Of a DNA stretch of 64,000 nt, positions 25,925 to 40,060 are shown piece after piece (within the stretch, counting starts at the first letter, position 1; each line of letters opens with the position of its first letter). A model generated the notes under the pieces. The model had not been told where the DNA came from, searched no databases, and was given only the letters and a program-made list of their open reading frames with translations. This DNA comes from Camelus dromedarius (lineage: Eukaryota). The stretch covers positions 101,496,001 through 101,560,000 of the forward strand of contig NC_087437.1 in the NCBI RefSeq assembly GCF_036321535.1, written 5' to 3'. A program made the position numbers and the translations under genes.

Positions 25925-27690
25925 TTTTTCAAACAATTTTGTTGAAGTATAAGTTACATCCCATAAATTAGGTGTATAGTTCAATGATTTTTAGTATATT
26001 TATAAAGTTTTGTCATGATCACCACAGTCTGATATTAGAACATTTCCATCACCCTAAAATATACCTCATGCACAATTCTAGTGAATCCCAGTTTCCACCC
26101 CAAGTCCCCACTAATCTGGATTCCGTTGCTATAGATATTTTTTTAGGGATACTTAATATAAATGAAGTAATAAAATATATAGTCTTTGTGTCTAACATAT
26201 ACTTCCTGAGGTTCAAACTGTAGTTTTTGTTGTTGTTGTTGTGTTGTTGTTGTTTTGCTGAAGAGTGTCCCATTGTATGGATGCACTACATTTTTGCTTG
26301 TCCATTCACCAACTAGTGGACATTTGGATTCCTTTCACATTTTAGCTATTATAAATAATACAGCTATGAACAGTTGCATACAAGTCTTCTTTCATTTTTC
26401 TTGGGTAAATACCTAACAGCAGATTCAGTACTTCATATGGTATTTATGTTTGATTTTAGAAACTGCCCACTTTTCCCGAAGGTCTCTATCTGTTTACATG
26501 CCCACTATAATCATCTGAGGATTCTAATTTCTCCTCTTTGCTTACACTTGTTATTTTTTTTTTCTCTTTGATTAAAGCCATTCTAGGAGGTATGAAACAA
26601 CACCTCACTGCGGTTTTACTTTGTGTTTCTCCAATGACTGCTGATGTTGACCCTCTTTTCATGTGTCTATTAGCCGTTTTATCATTTAGAGAAATGTTTC
26701 TTTAAATATTATACCCATTTTTAACTTTATGTTTGTCTTCATATTATTGAGTTGTAAGGTTTTTTTTTATATGCTGAATATAATCCCTCTCTCAGGTACA
26801 TGATTTACAAACATTTTCCCACTCTGTGGTTTAGCTTTTAATTTCATTATTTGTCTTTTGAAGCACAAAGGTTTTAACACTGATGGAGTCCCATTTATCT
26901 TTGTTGTTGTGGTTGTTATTTTATATATCCTGCTTTGTATATAATATCTAAGGACTCTGCCTGATACAAGGCCTTAAATATTTATATGTGTGTTTTCTTC
27001 TAGAAGTTTTGTAGTTTAAGCTCCTATATTCATCTCTACTATCCATTTTGAATATATGTTGGGGATATAGTGTAGGGAGTGCAGGTATAAATTTATTATT
27101 TGTAATATGGATATTCAGTTGTTCCAGCACAATTTGATAAAGAAACTACTTTTTCTTTGCTGATTTGTCTTGACATCTATGTCAACAATCAATTGATCAT
27201 CACATAAGGATTTGTTTCTGAACTGTCAGTTCTGTTACCTTAATCTACGTATATACCCTTACCCCAGTATCATTCATCTTGATAGGACAATAGTTTTATA
27301 GTGAATTTTGAAATTGAGAAGTGTTAAGTCTTCCTACTTGATTTTCTTTTTCAAAATATTTTATATATATTAGAGCCTCTGCATTTCTATGTAAATTTTA
27401 GGATAAGCTTGTTAATTATAAAAAAAACTATATGGGGAATGCAATAGGCATTGTTGAATTTTTAGATAATTTTGAGGAAAATTAGCATCTTAACAGTATT
27501 GAGTCTTCCATACATGTGCATGAAATAGCTCTCCATTTTTTTAGACTTTCTCTAATTTTTCTCAGCAATATTTTATTATTTTCAATGTAAAATATTTATA
27601 ATTGTTGATAAATATATTCTTAAGTGTTCTGGGGGAAAGTTATTTTAAATGGAGTTTCTTTGTTAATTTCAAGTTCATTGCTTATATAAT
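25925..27690 (-). mobile_element. L1MB-class element (3' UTR plus decayed ORF2 C-terminus)
   Basis: Antisense L1 motifs TTAGAACATTTCCATCACCC, GGACATTTGG, GATATTCAGTTGTTCCAGCAC and TTTTAGGATAAGCTTG. The ORF at 26948-27130 is an off-frame L1 ORF2 read. Confidence 0.85.
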
Positions 27691-27729
27691 AAAAACCAAA
27701 ATTCTCTTTTCAAACTAATATACACTTTT

Positions 27730-27835
27730 TCTTTTCTTCCTTTTCTTTTCTGTCAGTGGAGGTACTGGGGATTGAACCTACAACTTCATGCATGCTAAAC
27801 GTGCACTAAACCACTAATCTATACCCCCGTCTCCC
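27730..27835 (-). mobile_element. tRNA-derived camelid SINE, same family as 8946-9039
   Basis: TGGAGGTACTGGGGATTGAACC..TGCATGCTAA..ACCACT..CTATACCC is the reverse complement of the SINE body. T-rich tail. Degenerate TSD starting TTCAAACT at 27709 and 27836. Confidence 0.88.
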
Positions 27836-30639
27836 TTCAAACTCAGTATATCTTTTCTTATATAAGTATTAATATGGAAGGCAGTGTGCTATAGGAAGAA
27901 ACAAATTTTCTACTCACACAAATATATTTTATCATTATTATCTGAGGGACACTGATTAAGTTATAGAATTTGGGCTATTTACTGTATTTCCATTAAAGTG
28001 TAAGAAAAATCTCCACCTTACAAGGAATCAGTAATTACTAATGATAAACTCTGCAAAGTATCTTGCCTCCTTTCTAATATGCAATTAATTGAATGCTGTT
28101 TAAATTATTTTTGATATATTTCTGATATAAGATAAATTCTTAATTATTTTAAATAACTAAAATGAATATTCATATCCTGGAGCATGTATCTCATCTCAGA
28201 TTCAGATGTGATAAATTCAATAATATATAATAAATTTTATATGTATATAAAATATTGATGTATTTATGTAAATATGTGTATCCATATATAAATTATACAA
28301 GTGTGTGTGTGTGTATAAAATGGAAAGGAGCTCAAAAATTGAGGTGTATATGAATTCTGAGGAACAAACCAACACTGTTAAACTGAACACAGAGGAAAGG
28401 ATTTACCAGGAAGGGGAAAAGACAAAGTCATAAAAGCAGTGTCACCACAGATGTCAGGAGAAAAGAATGGCTTTTTTTGGTAACTGACATTCATACATTG
28501 AGCACTCTTAAATTCAGTTTTGTATTTATAAGTTTTTTTGTCCTTATTATTCATGTTTACCTTTGTTTCTCTTGTACATTAGTGAGAATAAATGGGATAA
28601 TTTTTGAATTTCAAATATCTTAATTATCCCTTGGCAAAAAGCTTAACTCACTATGTACACTTCTGTGGTTTTCAACCATGTTTTATTGTTTTAATGAAGA
28701 AGCTAGCCATAGATAAATTAGTTATGATAGTTGAAATGAACGAGTAGCAGATAATAAATTCCTAGTACTTCGTATGTTAAACTGACCTTTGCACTCTCCA
28801 GATTTAACTACTTATTTTAGCTGGACAGAAAATCAAAATAAAATTGACATATCTGAGAGCAAATAAGGTGATATTTCTTAATATTTGCATTTGTAGACAC
28901 CATAGGTAGAAAGAAATAACGATTACTATTTTTATTTAAAGTGAAAATATTCCACTCTTACTTATGAATATTTTAGACGTCTCTGTAATTGTTATGTTAA
29001 TTTTTACTAAGATATAATCAGTTAGTTTGCTCAGGTAAATATTCTCAGTAAAATTATGTCTTTTATTAACATATTTCTTCAAAAGTTTTATCATAAAGAT
29101 TTTGAAAGGCTAATAGTTTGTTGAAAAAGTAGTAACCTTAATAGTAGTAGTAGCTTTGCCCATTCTGGTTGGGGATGTGAAATAACATTTTGACCTATTT
29201 GCCACGATAATACCTTTGAGACTGTCAGCAAAAGAAAATCAAGTGGTCTGTATTCCCAGGAATTTGAGCTGAGTGAATCTCTTGCATCTGTACTCATCCT
29301 ATCGTGCTAAGGAAGCAATTAAAAGTGTTCAAGCCAAATCCATAAATCACGACATGGTGAGAACTCTGGTTTCCTTTGATGTCCTCCCTAAATAAATGCA
29401 ATCTCAATGGCAGTTGATATCCCTTAAACAGCTTTTGCAAATGGTTATTACATTTGAACTTTGAAGACTTAGAAGCAATTTGTATTCTCTGATGGGCTTT
29501 TGTCTTTGAGGTACCCTTCCCCTTGCGATCCAGATGGAATGTCAATGTTGAACCTTTGGTTCAGTCACATTCATGAAAGTAGCAAAAATAATCATATATT
29601 TTAAAGCTCCACAATGGTGCATTTTACAAATACCTGTACACACCACACACACATACACACACCCCACATATGCCTGTGTAGGGATGTAGTACACAAATGA
29701 GTTTTAGAACAGTTTTTCAGTCTCTTTTTTTGCTTACATTGCTGTTCAATATTAACATTCCCTTTTTCTTGTCCTTTATATACAGCTCCTTACTCCTCCT
29801 AATTCTTTTTCTTCCCTGTCTCTAATAGCAAAGTTCCAAAATAGACTGAATAATCAGTGGAAATAAATTTATGAGAGATAGTATGGTTTTACTTACAGGC
29901 ATTACATCTTATAGGATCTATGAAGTAAAATGGAGTTGAGCTCAAAACCCAGTTTTAGTACTAATTAGACATGGGAGCTTATATTTTAAAATTTCAGTCC
30001 GTGTTAACTATTATAGCTTGTGTATTAAATGAATGATTAGATGTATTTTTTTACTTCTAGGCCCAACAATATAATGTTTGATTAATTAGAAGACGTAAAT
30101 AACTACATGTGGAAGATCATTTGCACGTGACATTTACCAGCCCCCACAAAATAATCACCTGGTGGAAATATTTTTATAAGAAAAGCAATCCTCTCCCTCT
30201 TTTTGAAAGAAACATTGAATATGTATTTCTCAATGATGAGAATTGAACTCACCTGAACTTTTTCCTAAAATTAAGCTTGTAAATCACAAAAATAATCACG
30301 TGCTCTACTTAAGCTCAAATACTCGTATTTGTGGTAAAGATGTAGATAGAAATAGTACCAAACGCTCTCTACCTCAGTGTTTCCCATGGTGTGATGACCA
30401 AAAACCGTGTTGGCCACATTCCTTGCAACATGAATGAAGGCGGGAATTATGTCACCCTTTCCTTAAATTGCGTGCCTTTTCCTTTAACTCTCCTTAGGAT
30501 TGGTGCTCAGTCATTAAGGCTAAAGAAAAAGTTTTAATCGATAACATCCCTGAGATATTTGTATTTTATATAGAGAAACATAAGAGATGGAATTGTCTTT
30601 AAGACAACAAAAGTAAAACAATAATGATAAAACCATAAT

Positions 30640-30830
30640 TATAGGCACCTCTTTTATTACCAATATTCATGGACACCATGTTATTTATACACTGCCTTAT
30701 TTAAACAACAGTTAATAAGCCAACTTAATCATCATTTTACAGACTGGAAAAAGGAAGATGAAGTATGTTTAAAATTTTGCTGGGGATCATATAGGAAATA
30801 AATGGCAAATCTGAGATGTGAAATTGTATT
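30640..30830 (-). mobile_element. MIR remnant
   Basis: CATTTTACAGACTGGAAAAAGGAAGATG..AAATGGCAAATCTGAGATGTGAA. Confidence 0.5.
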
Positions 30831-33594
30831 TGCTTTATTACCGTGCTTGTTAATTGATCCCTTATATGGGATCAATGCATTAACTTCTTGTCCCCCTAAC
30901 TGCAGTAATACAAGAAGGGAGCCCACAATGCAGATGCCTAATCTGTTACTGATGTAATTAGGTGGTAGTTACATTCAGTAAACATACTTTAGCTAAACAT
31001 TCAGGTGGGACAGGGCAAGCTAGGTATTGAAGATGAGAAATGCAGATGGGAGAAAATGAAAAGTGAGGAGCAAGCAAGTCGGGCATTGAGTTAAGATGCA
31101 GAGGTGATGTCAAAGAGGGAAAAAGCAAATAGTTTTCAAGCGCAATATATATAAGTCCATATACATCATAAACACAATGGATGAACTTGCCATTCTATCA
31201 TATTTCATGAGTAGAAACAAATCATAAAGCTACCAAAGCTTTATTGACTCTACAAGTGGATTATATATTACAATCAAGTGTTTATTTGAATTTTGAGTTG
31301 GCAGGAAGTGGAGACTGAACTCCTACAATTTAGGTAGAATATTATAGGATTACTTTATTATTATTTCCTGTTTACTAAAAAGGAAATAACACTGCAAAAA
31401 TCAAGATAATGAAACTACAGTAAATAAATTATAATTTTAAAAATTTTAAACAATTTTGAAAACTTCAAACACAAGCTATAACATACTGTAGGAAAATACC
31501 TATCATGCTGAGAAATATGCTGGTGAAGTTTATTAAATTAGGAAGGCAATAAAAATAATTATGAAAAATGGAGTTGTATGATGAATATTCAAAGTTCTTT
31601 TGCTTGCCCAAAAAGAACTGGTGATTAATTGCACATCAGCAATTATTTGCTAAGTAATGCTTTCTTCCATCTCTATCAAAGTTAATTCCTCTCCAAAATG
31701 CCTAAAATATTTCCAGAGAGTAAATTATCATTAGCATATTCTAAATATTTTCTAAATTGGAAGTTGCCTAGAAAATTGCCGGTCTTCTTTTACTGTTTGT
31801 CAATGATGAGTTTTTGAATGCATAGGTTGGAAAAGGGGGCAAGCAATTCACACAGCCATGGGTTATTATTCACCTTCTCTCCTCATTTCTGGCCAGATTA
31901 ATCTTGCTTACATTTTATGTGAGATTGATTGCTTATACGGAATACATCAGACATTAGTAAAAGCACACTATACACGAGGGCCCTAAAAGGCTTGATTTAT
32001 TTGACTGATTTATTTGTTCTATAAATACAGTTGTTGTGCACATACAAGGTACCTAGTATTTGATCTAAGAGTTTGTAATGATATGCATCTTAGAAATAAG
32101 GATTTTAAATTGGGGTTCATTGATTCCCAAATGGATATTAATTAACATTTTCAATACTTTAGAAGGAATTTGAGGAATGTGTAGTCTTATTGTCTGCTTA
32201 CTCCAGGCACATTGGAAGAGAGAAATTTATTTACAACTTTACATGTATTTTGTAGCATTCAGTGCTAAAATTACACCAAAGGGCCTAGTAAAATTAAAGC
32301 AGTATTCTACTTAGAACCATAGGTATCTTAGAAGGGTGTTGAAGATTAGCTATACCCTCAGGAATATAATTAGGAAACACTGATACCCAAGAGGGAAAAA
32401 TGAAAGCCAAAAGATAATTTCTACCCTAAACTCTAACTTCCTACTATGTAACAGTGAATAAATGCTTTAATTATTTGGAAATTCAGTTTATATTTTATAA
32501 TCTGTGGGTTCTAATATCTATTCATCTTAATTCACAGCTTACTGTGCAGAATTTCTGACTAACCTATTTCTGGAAAAAGATGCATTTATTTATTAAAATA
32601 TCTGTTACGTAACACACGAGAGAAATAGAGATTACTAAGACCCAAAACATGCACTCAAGAGATCCCCTAAAAACCCCCTTAGGGACTTTATAGTTTAATG
32701 GGGAAAGCACGAGTCAGTTACTATACCATGTGCTGACAGCAACAATAGAGGGAGTTATGGAGGGGCTGGGAGGAACAGAAGAGGAGAACTTAAACCTCGG
32801 CTGCAATTTCACAGCTGAGGAATGATGACTCTCAGACATACAACTTAAGCCTAGATCTTGTTATTTTTACCCCTTAACTGCAGACCTAAATATCCAATTT
32901 TTTGCTGTCTTTATTCTTTTGTTTTTTTCACAAGCATCTTAAGTGAACAGCTCTGTAATTGAAATAGTCTATCCTCTCAACAACTACAACTACTGACTCC
33001 TCTAGTTTTCCTTATCACCCTAAACAGTATTAGTGTTCAACCAAGTGCTCAATTTCCTGTGTAGTTTTTCAGCTGCTTCCAAAGCCAGTCTTTCCATTAC
33101 TTTCTAAACTTCACCCATATTTGAATTATTTTATTCCTTTATCCCTTTAATATGCTCTCCTTCACCCTACTTCTTACTCTCATCTCAGTCTTTCCTAGGG
33201 AAAGGGTTTCATTTCCTATGAGGCATATTGTAGCCTCAGAGTTTGAAGGGGTTTAACAAAGACAAAGCAGAAGACATCAAAGAAGAAGGGGACATCGAAA
33301 GTGCTACTTAAAGAAAGAAAGGTCTTTGTTTGGAGACATTAACAGAAGTATTTAGCCTTGTAACAGTAAGAGAACATATCATCCTTTTTAGGATGATACC
33401 ATGGAAGTTTGAGATGGAAAATAACAGTTCTAATGTATGTCCCTTCCTCCTATTCTTCACATTTAAATCAGTCAAAAGTTGATCTCTAGCTCCTTAATGT
33501 TTTTGTTATCAGTTCTCTTTACATTGCTCCCAGAGCAGTTATCATGGTTCAGATGTTATCATTTATACATACTTTGGCTAAAGAAAAGTTTGTT

Positions 33595-35025
33595 CTACTT
33601 GTATGTGTGTTTAAGCACTTCCTTACGTTGGTTTCTGTAAGATGCTCAAGACTGCCTTGGATTTTGCCTTCCCCAAACCTAGGGTCAGCTCTCTCTCCAC
33701 GGAGCCCTGTTTCTTTGCTAGAGAACGCTATTCAAAATCAAGATCTGGTGTGCTAGATGTGCTCATAGCTACTGGGGTGTCATTGATTCTAAGCCCTCTC
33801 AGCTGACGTCAAGCAATTATATGTGTGTATATCAACCCATGTGTATACACACAATTTATACATGTATCTATATGTAATTATCTGTACCTACATTATTGTA
33901 AGCATAAGAGAATAATGATATACCCAATTTTGATTCATTTTTCTATTCTTGTCCCCTTGCTTATCTCTAAGGGGATATCTCTCATCTCTAAACTCCTACT
34001 CTATGTGAAACATTGCTCCCACCATCCATCATCCACTTAGCTAATCCACTTAACTAGTTGTTAAATTCCTGATAAATACATGGTGATGTCTTAATCCATT
34101 CAAGTTGCTTTAACAAAATACCATAAACAGGGTAACTTATAAATAACAGAAATTTATTTCTCACAGTTCTAGTGGCTAGCACGTCCAAGATCAAGTCACC
34201 AGCATTGACCTGGCCAGGCATCTCTCTGGAGCCCCTTTTTTAAGGCACTAATTCCATTCATAAGGGCTTCATCCTTATAACCTAATTACCTTCCAAAGGC
34301 CCCGCCTCCTAATACCATTATCTGGAGGGTTAGAATTTCAACGTATGAATTTTGGGAGGGCACAAACATGCAGACCATAGTAATTGGTATCAGAATTGTT
34401 AACCAGTAAGTCTGTGGGAAACAACTCTATCAAACTGAATGCCATGCTTCTACATAGTTTCTTTAACTTTTAATCTTCCAGATTTCCCTCATTTCCAAAG
34501 GTCAGTGAATTTGTTTCATATACTATAATATACTTAGTTATTTGCACATCCTGCATTCTGTTTTGGAAACTTCTGACCTCCTAAATGATTTTTTTTTTTT
34601 AATTTTCACATGTAAGTGTATTCTTGGTGCTGTAAAGGTCCACAAATTTTTAAATGTATCATTTCATTTTCCATAATTATGATATTATACAGAATAGTAT
34701 CCCCATCCAAAAAAATCCCCTGTGCCTTACCTACTCAACCCTTCCTACCTCCCCCAAACTCTTGGCAACTGCTGACCTTTTTAATGCCTCTACAGTGTTG
34801 CCTTTTCCAGATTATCATATAGTTAGAATCACAGGTTAGATAGCTCCCCATCTATTCATGATGCACCAGAGTTTGCTTATCCATAATCTTTTAAAGGATA
34901 TTTTGGTTACTTTCAGGTTTCAGTGGGTATGAATCAAGTGCTATATACATACATGTATAGATGTTTTATGAAAGCACATTTTCAATTTGTTGGGTGAACA
35001 GGTAGGAGCACAATAAAGGGATTGT
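33595..35025 (-). mobile_element. L1MC3-like element, inverted (antisense) segment
   Basis: AGCACTTCCTTAC..CAAGATCTGGTGTGCTAGATGTGCTC..GCTACTGGGGTGTCATTG..CCCTCTCAGCTGAC, then GACCTCCTAAATGATTTT and GGCAACTGCTGACCTTTTTA..TTGCCTTTTCCAGA. Split by an MLT1A LTR. Confidence 0.8.
34087..34382 (-). mobile_element. MaLR solo LTR (MLT1A-like, internally deleted)
   Basis: TGTCTTAATCCATT..ACAGAAATTTATTTCTCACAGTTCT..GTCCAAGATCAAG..CCTAATTACCTTCCAAAGGCCCC..TATGAATTTTGG..CAGACCATAG. Confidence 0.88.
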
Positions 35026-35044
35026 AATATGTCAAATGTATTTT

Positions 35045-35530
35045 ACTACCTAAAAATACGGTCAACGTTATTGGAATATAAATCAAACTATAAAATATTC
35101 ATGAGTCAATACTTATATATATAACAGTCTAATCATCAGAAAATTATCAGCTAAATCTCAATCAAGAAACATTCCATAATATAGCTGACCACTACTCCCC
35201 AGGCTATCAATTTCATCAAAAACAAAGAAAGTCCATAGATGAAAACAGTCATGAGAAGTCTAAGGACAGGTGATGACTAAATGTAACATCATGGATGCAA
35301 TCTCAGACCCAAAAACAGTCATTAATGAAAGACTAAGAAAATCTGAAGGAAGTATAGACTTCAAGTAATAATGTATTAATTTTAGGTTCATTGATTTTCA
35401 AAAATGCACCATACTTTTTGTAAGATGTTAATAATAAAGGAAACTGGATCTAACATATATAAAAACTCTCTATACACTATCTTTGCCAAATCTAAGACGG
35501 TTGTAAAACAAAATGGTTTATTTAGAAAAA
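35045..35530 (+). mobile_element. L1MC3-like 3' terminal segment (sense)
   Basis: ATATTCATGAGTC..CATCAAAAACAAAGAAAGTC..GATGACTAAATGTAA..TGTAAGATGTTAATAATAAAGGAAACTGG..AACTCTCTATAC..AAATCTAA with an A-rich end. Confidence 0.75.
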
Positions 35531-36889
35531 GGCAGTGACACATAAATTAAAGCTGAGGGGAGGGGAAAACAAGGACAGGCAATAAGTTGGAGCCAAGTTT
35601 TTGTGTGGTACACATAAGTCATGTCATGCACTTGAACTTATCTGCTAGAGTTGGGAAACAATATTTAGTCTATTATGTCTGGCAATGAGAAATATGTGGT
35701 CAGTTTACAAGACTGAGTACCCAAAAGGAAAACTAAACAGAACAAAACAAAATTCTTCAGAAAAAGAATAGAAATGCCCTCTATTAAAGCCTTATCAAAA
35801 GTGTTCACTTAGTTTCTTAGAGAGGAAACAAAATAAGGTAATAAACGTAATAATTACATCTTTATAATAAATAAATACCACATTTCTTTGTAGTAATATT
35901 TTTTGGCTTTTTAAATTAACACTAGCACATGAACTTAACAAATCACAATTAAGAATGTGTCTTTCACTTTTGAATTGGAAATATATTGATATTATTTTCT
36001 AATTATAAATATAAAACATCATATGATAAAAAACACTGCAAAAGAGAAAGTAAATGTTGACCCACACACCCACACCCAGACTACCACCCCACCCAATCTG
36101 ACACTTTAAAAGTTAGCAAACTTAAGAAGTATGACCCATCAGAATTCATTTCCATGCTTATATTTTAAATAAAAATAACATGTTGGAAAGTAATCATTTT
36201 ACAAATACTCTTGTATGCTGATTTTTGCCTTATACCTAATGGGCTTCTTTCCCTGTTCATGCACAAATACCTCCTTAATCTATCACTCTAATATTTTTGT
36301 TTGAGTCATTTTATCTTTTAATTACATAAGTATACTGTCATTTATTTAAGCAACTCCCTCAAAAATGAATATTTAGGTTGTTTTCAACATATCACTAGTT
36401 ATATTCTATTGGAATGAGTATTCATTAACATGCATTTTGTAATTTATTAATATTTCTGGAGGGAAAAAAGACCCAAGACTACAATTTCTTATATGGAGAG
36501 GAAGCATTTTTGGACATACTTGTAAATTTCTATCCAAAAACTGCTTATTTTCCCAACCTTGGCTAACTCTGCAGTCACTATTTATTTCATGTTACTAATC
36601 TTTTCCAATGAAAATGGTGAAAAATGATACAACAGCATTGTTTTCTCTTTTTTTAGGTGAACTTAGGAATAACCATGTTCCTCAAGAATCTTCACTAACA
36701 ATATATTTTTAAAATGTCCTTGAATAGTGGGTAGAAATAATTAGAAGATATTAATGTTTTGAGATAAAAATATGAAAATATTTGTAATTTATATTATTAT
36801 ACTAAATTAGTTAAAATACCTGAAGAAATAGGTTGTAGTGTTAGTGACAGAAGTTTAGCTTAAAAGTATTACATTGTATTAACTATATA

Positions 36890-36910
36890 TGTGTGTGTGT
36901 GTGTGCGTGT

Positions 36911-36944
<34 letters not shown>
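36890..36944. repeat. (TG)n microsatellite
   Basis: Near-perfect TG run with two interruptions. Confidence 0.95.
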
Positions 36945-36947
<3 letters not shown>

Positions 36948-39844
36948 CATATACATTTTTTTTTTAAAGATACAGACAGATCTAAAGGACCTGAAAGTTG
37001 TCATGGATTGTGGATTGTAAATACAAATCACAGGCTCTGGTCAAGAGTACAAGTATTAAAAGTTGTAGCAGTTGATCCATTGATTCTGCCTACTTGAGTG
37101 GAAATAAATTCTTTGTAAGAGAACATGGTTCTGAATTTACACAGGAGACAGAAGCATGCAATAAGCAGATGGAGTCCCTGTGCAGCTAAGGTTGATTTGG
37201 GGATAACATTATCTGTCAAGCAAGTTTGCAGCTATGGTTAAAAAAGTGATACATTAGTTAATTCATTCAGCCACTACTTCTGTTTTCTCAAAATGAAATT
37301 TTAAAAGTATCTCCAAAAAGGGAAAGATTCTCAAACAAGGAAACCATACATGGATGTGTGAATTAACTGAATGTAGCAATCCAAATCTGTACAATATGAA
37401 ATGTCTGAAGTGTTTTCAGGAATTACAAAGTAGTATTAAAACTAAGTCAAATGGAAAAGTGTAAAGCAAAAAAAAACCAACTAGGGTAGTTCACATGTTA
37501 TTTAATAGATAAGTAAAAAGCCAAAACCAAAAACTAAAAACCAAAATCAAAACAAACAAACAAAACTAAGTTTCTATATTAGGAGAGAAAAAAGCATCAG
37601 TAGAAATATTTTTGCATCATAAATTAATTTTCATATTATTCATTTTCATACTCTTCATCATACCTGATTCATTTTCATACTAATTTTAGATCTCCAATCT
37701 ATTTTTCTCAAATGGAAAAAGACACAACAATTTTAAAAGACACAAATATATGGGAAATATTGCCTGCATATTCATGTATGTCCCTTAGGTTGAGGGACAT
37801 CCTTCAGGATTTATGCCTTAGGCAGTGGCATAAGGACATGTAACTTTCTTATGTCAAAATATTTCTGTAGAACAACAGACAACAGCCAGTCTTAGATAAG
37901 AAAGGAAAAAATGTATTTGGTTATCATCAACATCACTCATAACAGAAATACAGGACGGTCACCACACTAAGAGAAATAAAAGTCCAATCCTGCTTAGAGA
38001 ACGTGATTAGGAATGGGTCTTTTCATTTTTATCTCACATCAATTGTGTAATAATAGGAGCAGGTCTTCATTTCTGTTTGATGTATGAAGTATTCAAGAAA
38101 TAGTATCAGATAGTCAGGCTTGACAACCATTGGCATTACTATCTGATTAATGCTTTAAAGTATCTTAAAAATTATAAGGATTTGTTTTAATTATGAAACT
38201 TTCACTTGACAAAATATAAAATGAACATTTTAATTAATTTTGTTCTTGACATGACAGCTTTCATAAAAGAGGAGCATATATAAATACAAATATATAAATG
38301 TCGATGAAATGGTGAATCCCTACACCACAGAACAAAATAGAATATTGTATTATACTTTTAAACACATATTTTATAGATTAAAAATACATTTTCTTTAAAA
38401 ATCATTCCTTGCTTCTTCTCACGCCTTATCTTTCTCTTTTTTCCATTGTGTTTTAACCTTTACTATTGCTTTTCATTAGAGAACAAAGGGATCTGAATTT
38501 TAAAAGAGGTTAGATTAAAAAGATATTTCAGGTTCAAAATATTAAAGCATTTCATTTAATTCTTAATTGCATCTTTTTATTTGATATTCAATCCTAATTC
38601 CACTATAAGGTCAAATTAAATGGAGATTGTCTAACTTTATTAACATCAGTATAATTACCAAAAGGGTCACGTTTTCAGAGGTCATCCGACACTTGTTCAG
38701 GATAACTTCATATTGATTGACCAGGAAATGGAACAGTTTGTGGCTTTCCTCTAATTATGTGAAGATGTCTCACTTATTAGATATTTATAGTGTTTCAAAT
38801 TAATGGTGATGGTTATATTTTCATTAATTTTGGAAAACTAAGCCCATTTAAAATAAAACTGCTATAATTTCTTGAAAATATTAAAATAGTTGAAAGTAGA
38901 AACTACAGCCACTAACTTGGAAAACCTACAATTAAATATTAATCATCTATAAATAATTTTAGTAAATATTAAAAATTAGAATTTAGAACAACATGTTTAT
39001 TTAAACACAGATTTCCATAATCCATATATAGCATTTTTAATTTGGTTAATTTTGTGTATTTAAAACATGCTATATTAAATGAAGATGTTGCTCTTATAAA
39101 AAATGTAATATCAAAGCCTTTATTCAAGGAGTTTATAATTCCCATAGTTGCAAGTGTAGTAATTACGTACCATATTTGCATTTTTCAGTCTGTTTTGGGA
39201 GTTGCCCAAATCACTATAAAGAAGCGTGTCCAATAAATTTTTATATGCAGTTGGACTTTTTGAAAGTAAAATTTTATAAATAATGCAAAATTAAAACACT
39301 ACAGAAGAAAATGGAGTTGTTCTTAATTAAATGGAGCAAGCCTGCTCTGGTGGCTCCTAATGTATTCCAGCTGGACCCATGGAGCTCTTTGGAATGAAGG
39401 TTTATAGATAGATCATTTTTATGAAACTGCATATGCAAACATATGTGAAAGCATTTTGCCTAATTGTAAAGCATTATAAAATAGTTGTTAAAGTATTATT
39501 AAAAGAAATATTTCTAGACAAATAGGAATTTCAGTAAAATTGAATAATATTCATATATATTGCTTGGTTTTTTTCTATATTTTCTTCCAATACATTCAAA
39601 GAATGTATTTTAAATAGAACTCATGTAAAACTTTGTTCCTTTGTTAAATATTTGGGTGTCAATTTTAAACCTATTTTTCTTTAACCATGTAGTACTTTTT
39701 TATTGATTGTGTTATTAGCTCTTCTGAAATTGCCAGAAAAGGAAGTTACTATGGGTAAAAATGTAACTTCAATGACCATGGAAATTAATTTTTGTTCTAT
39801 GACAGTTTTTATTTAATATGACTAACACTAATGAAGTATTCATA

Positions 39845-40060
39845 AAATTATAGGTTTGGGAAAGACCTTGAGAATGCAATTAGTCTATCTCCTTTCCCGA
39901 ACACTTAAGACACTTTATTATTCTATTTCATTCTCAGAACTCCAGGGAAGACAATTTTATGATTTCTTTCAGTGAGAATACATTTCAGGTCTTTTTAAAG
40001 CAATATGACAATAATCTTTCTTCAGAGGTCTGCTGCTTCAAAGTATGTTTTTTCTCCTAA
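39845..40060 (-). mobile_element. L3/CR1-like remnant
   Basis: TTGGGAAAGACCTTGAGA..CTCCAGGGAAGACAATTTTATGATTTCTTTCAGTG resembles the antisense L3 3' region (recall). Confidence 0.4.
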
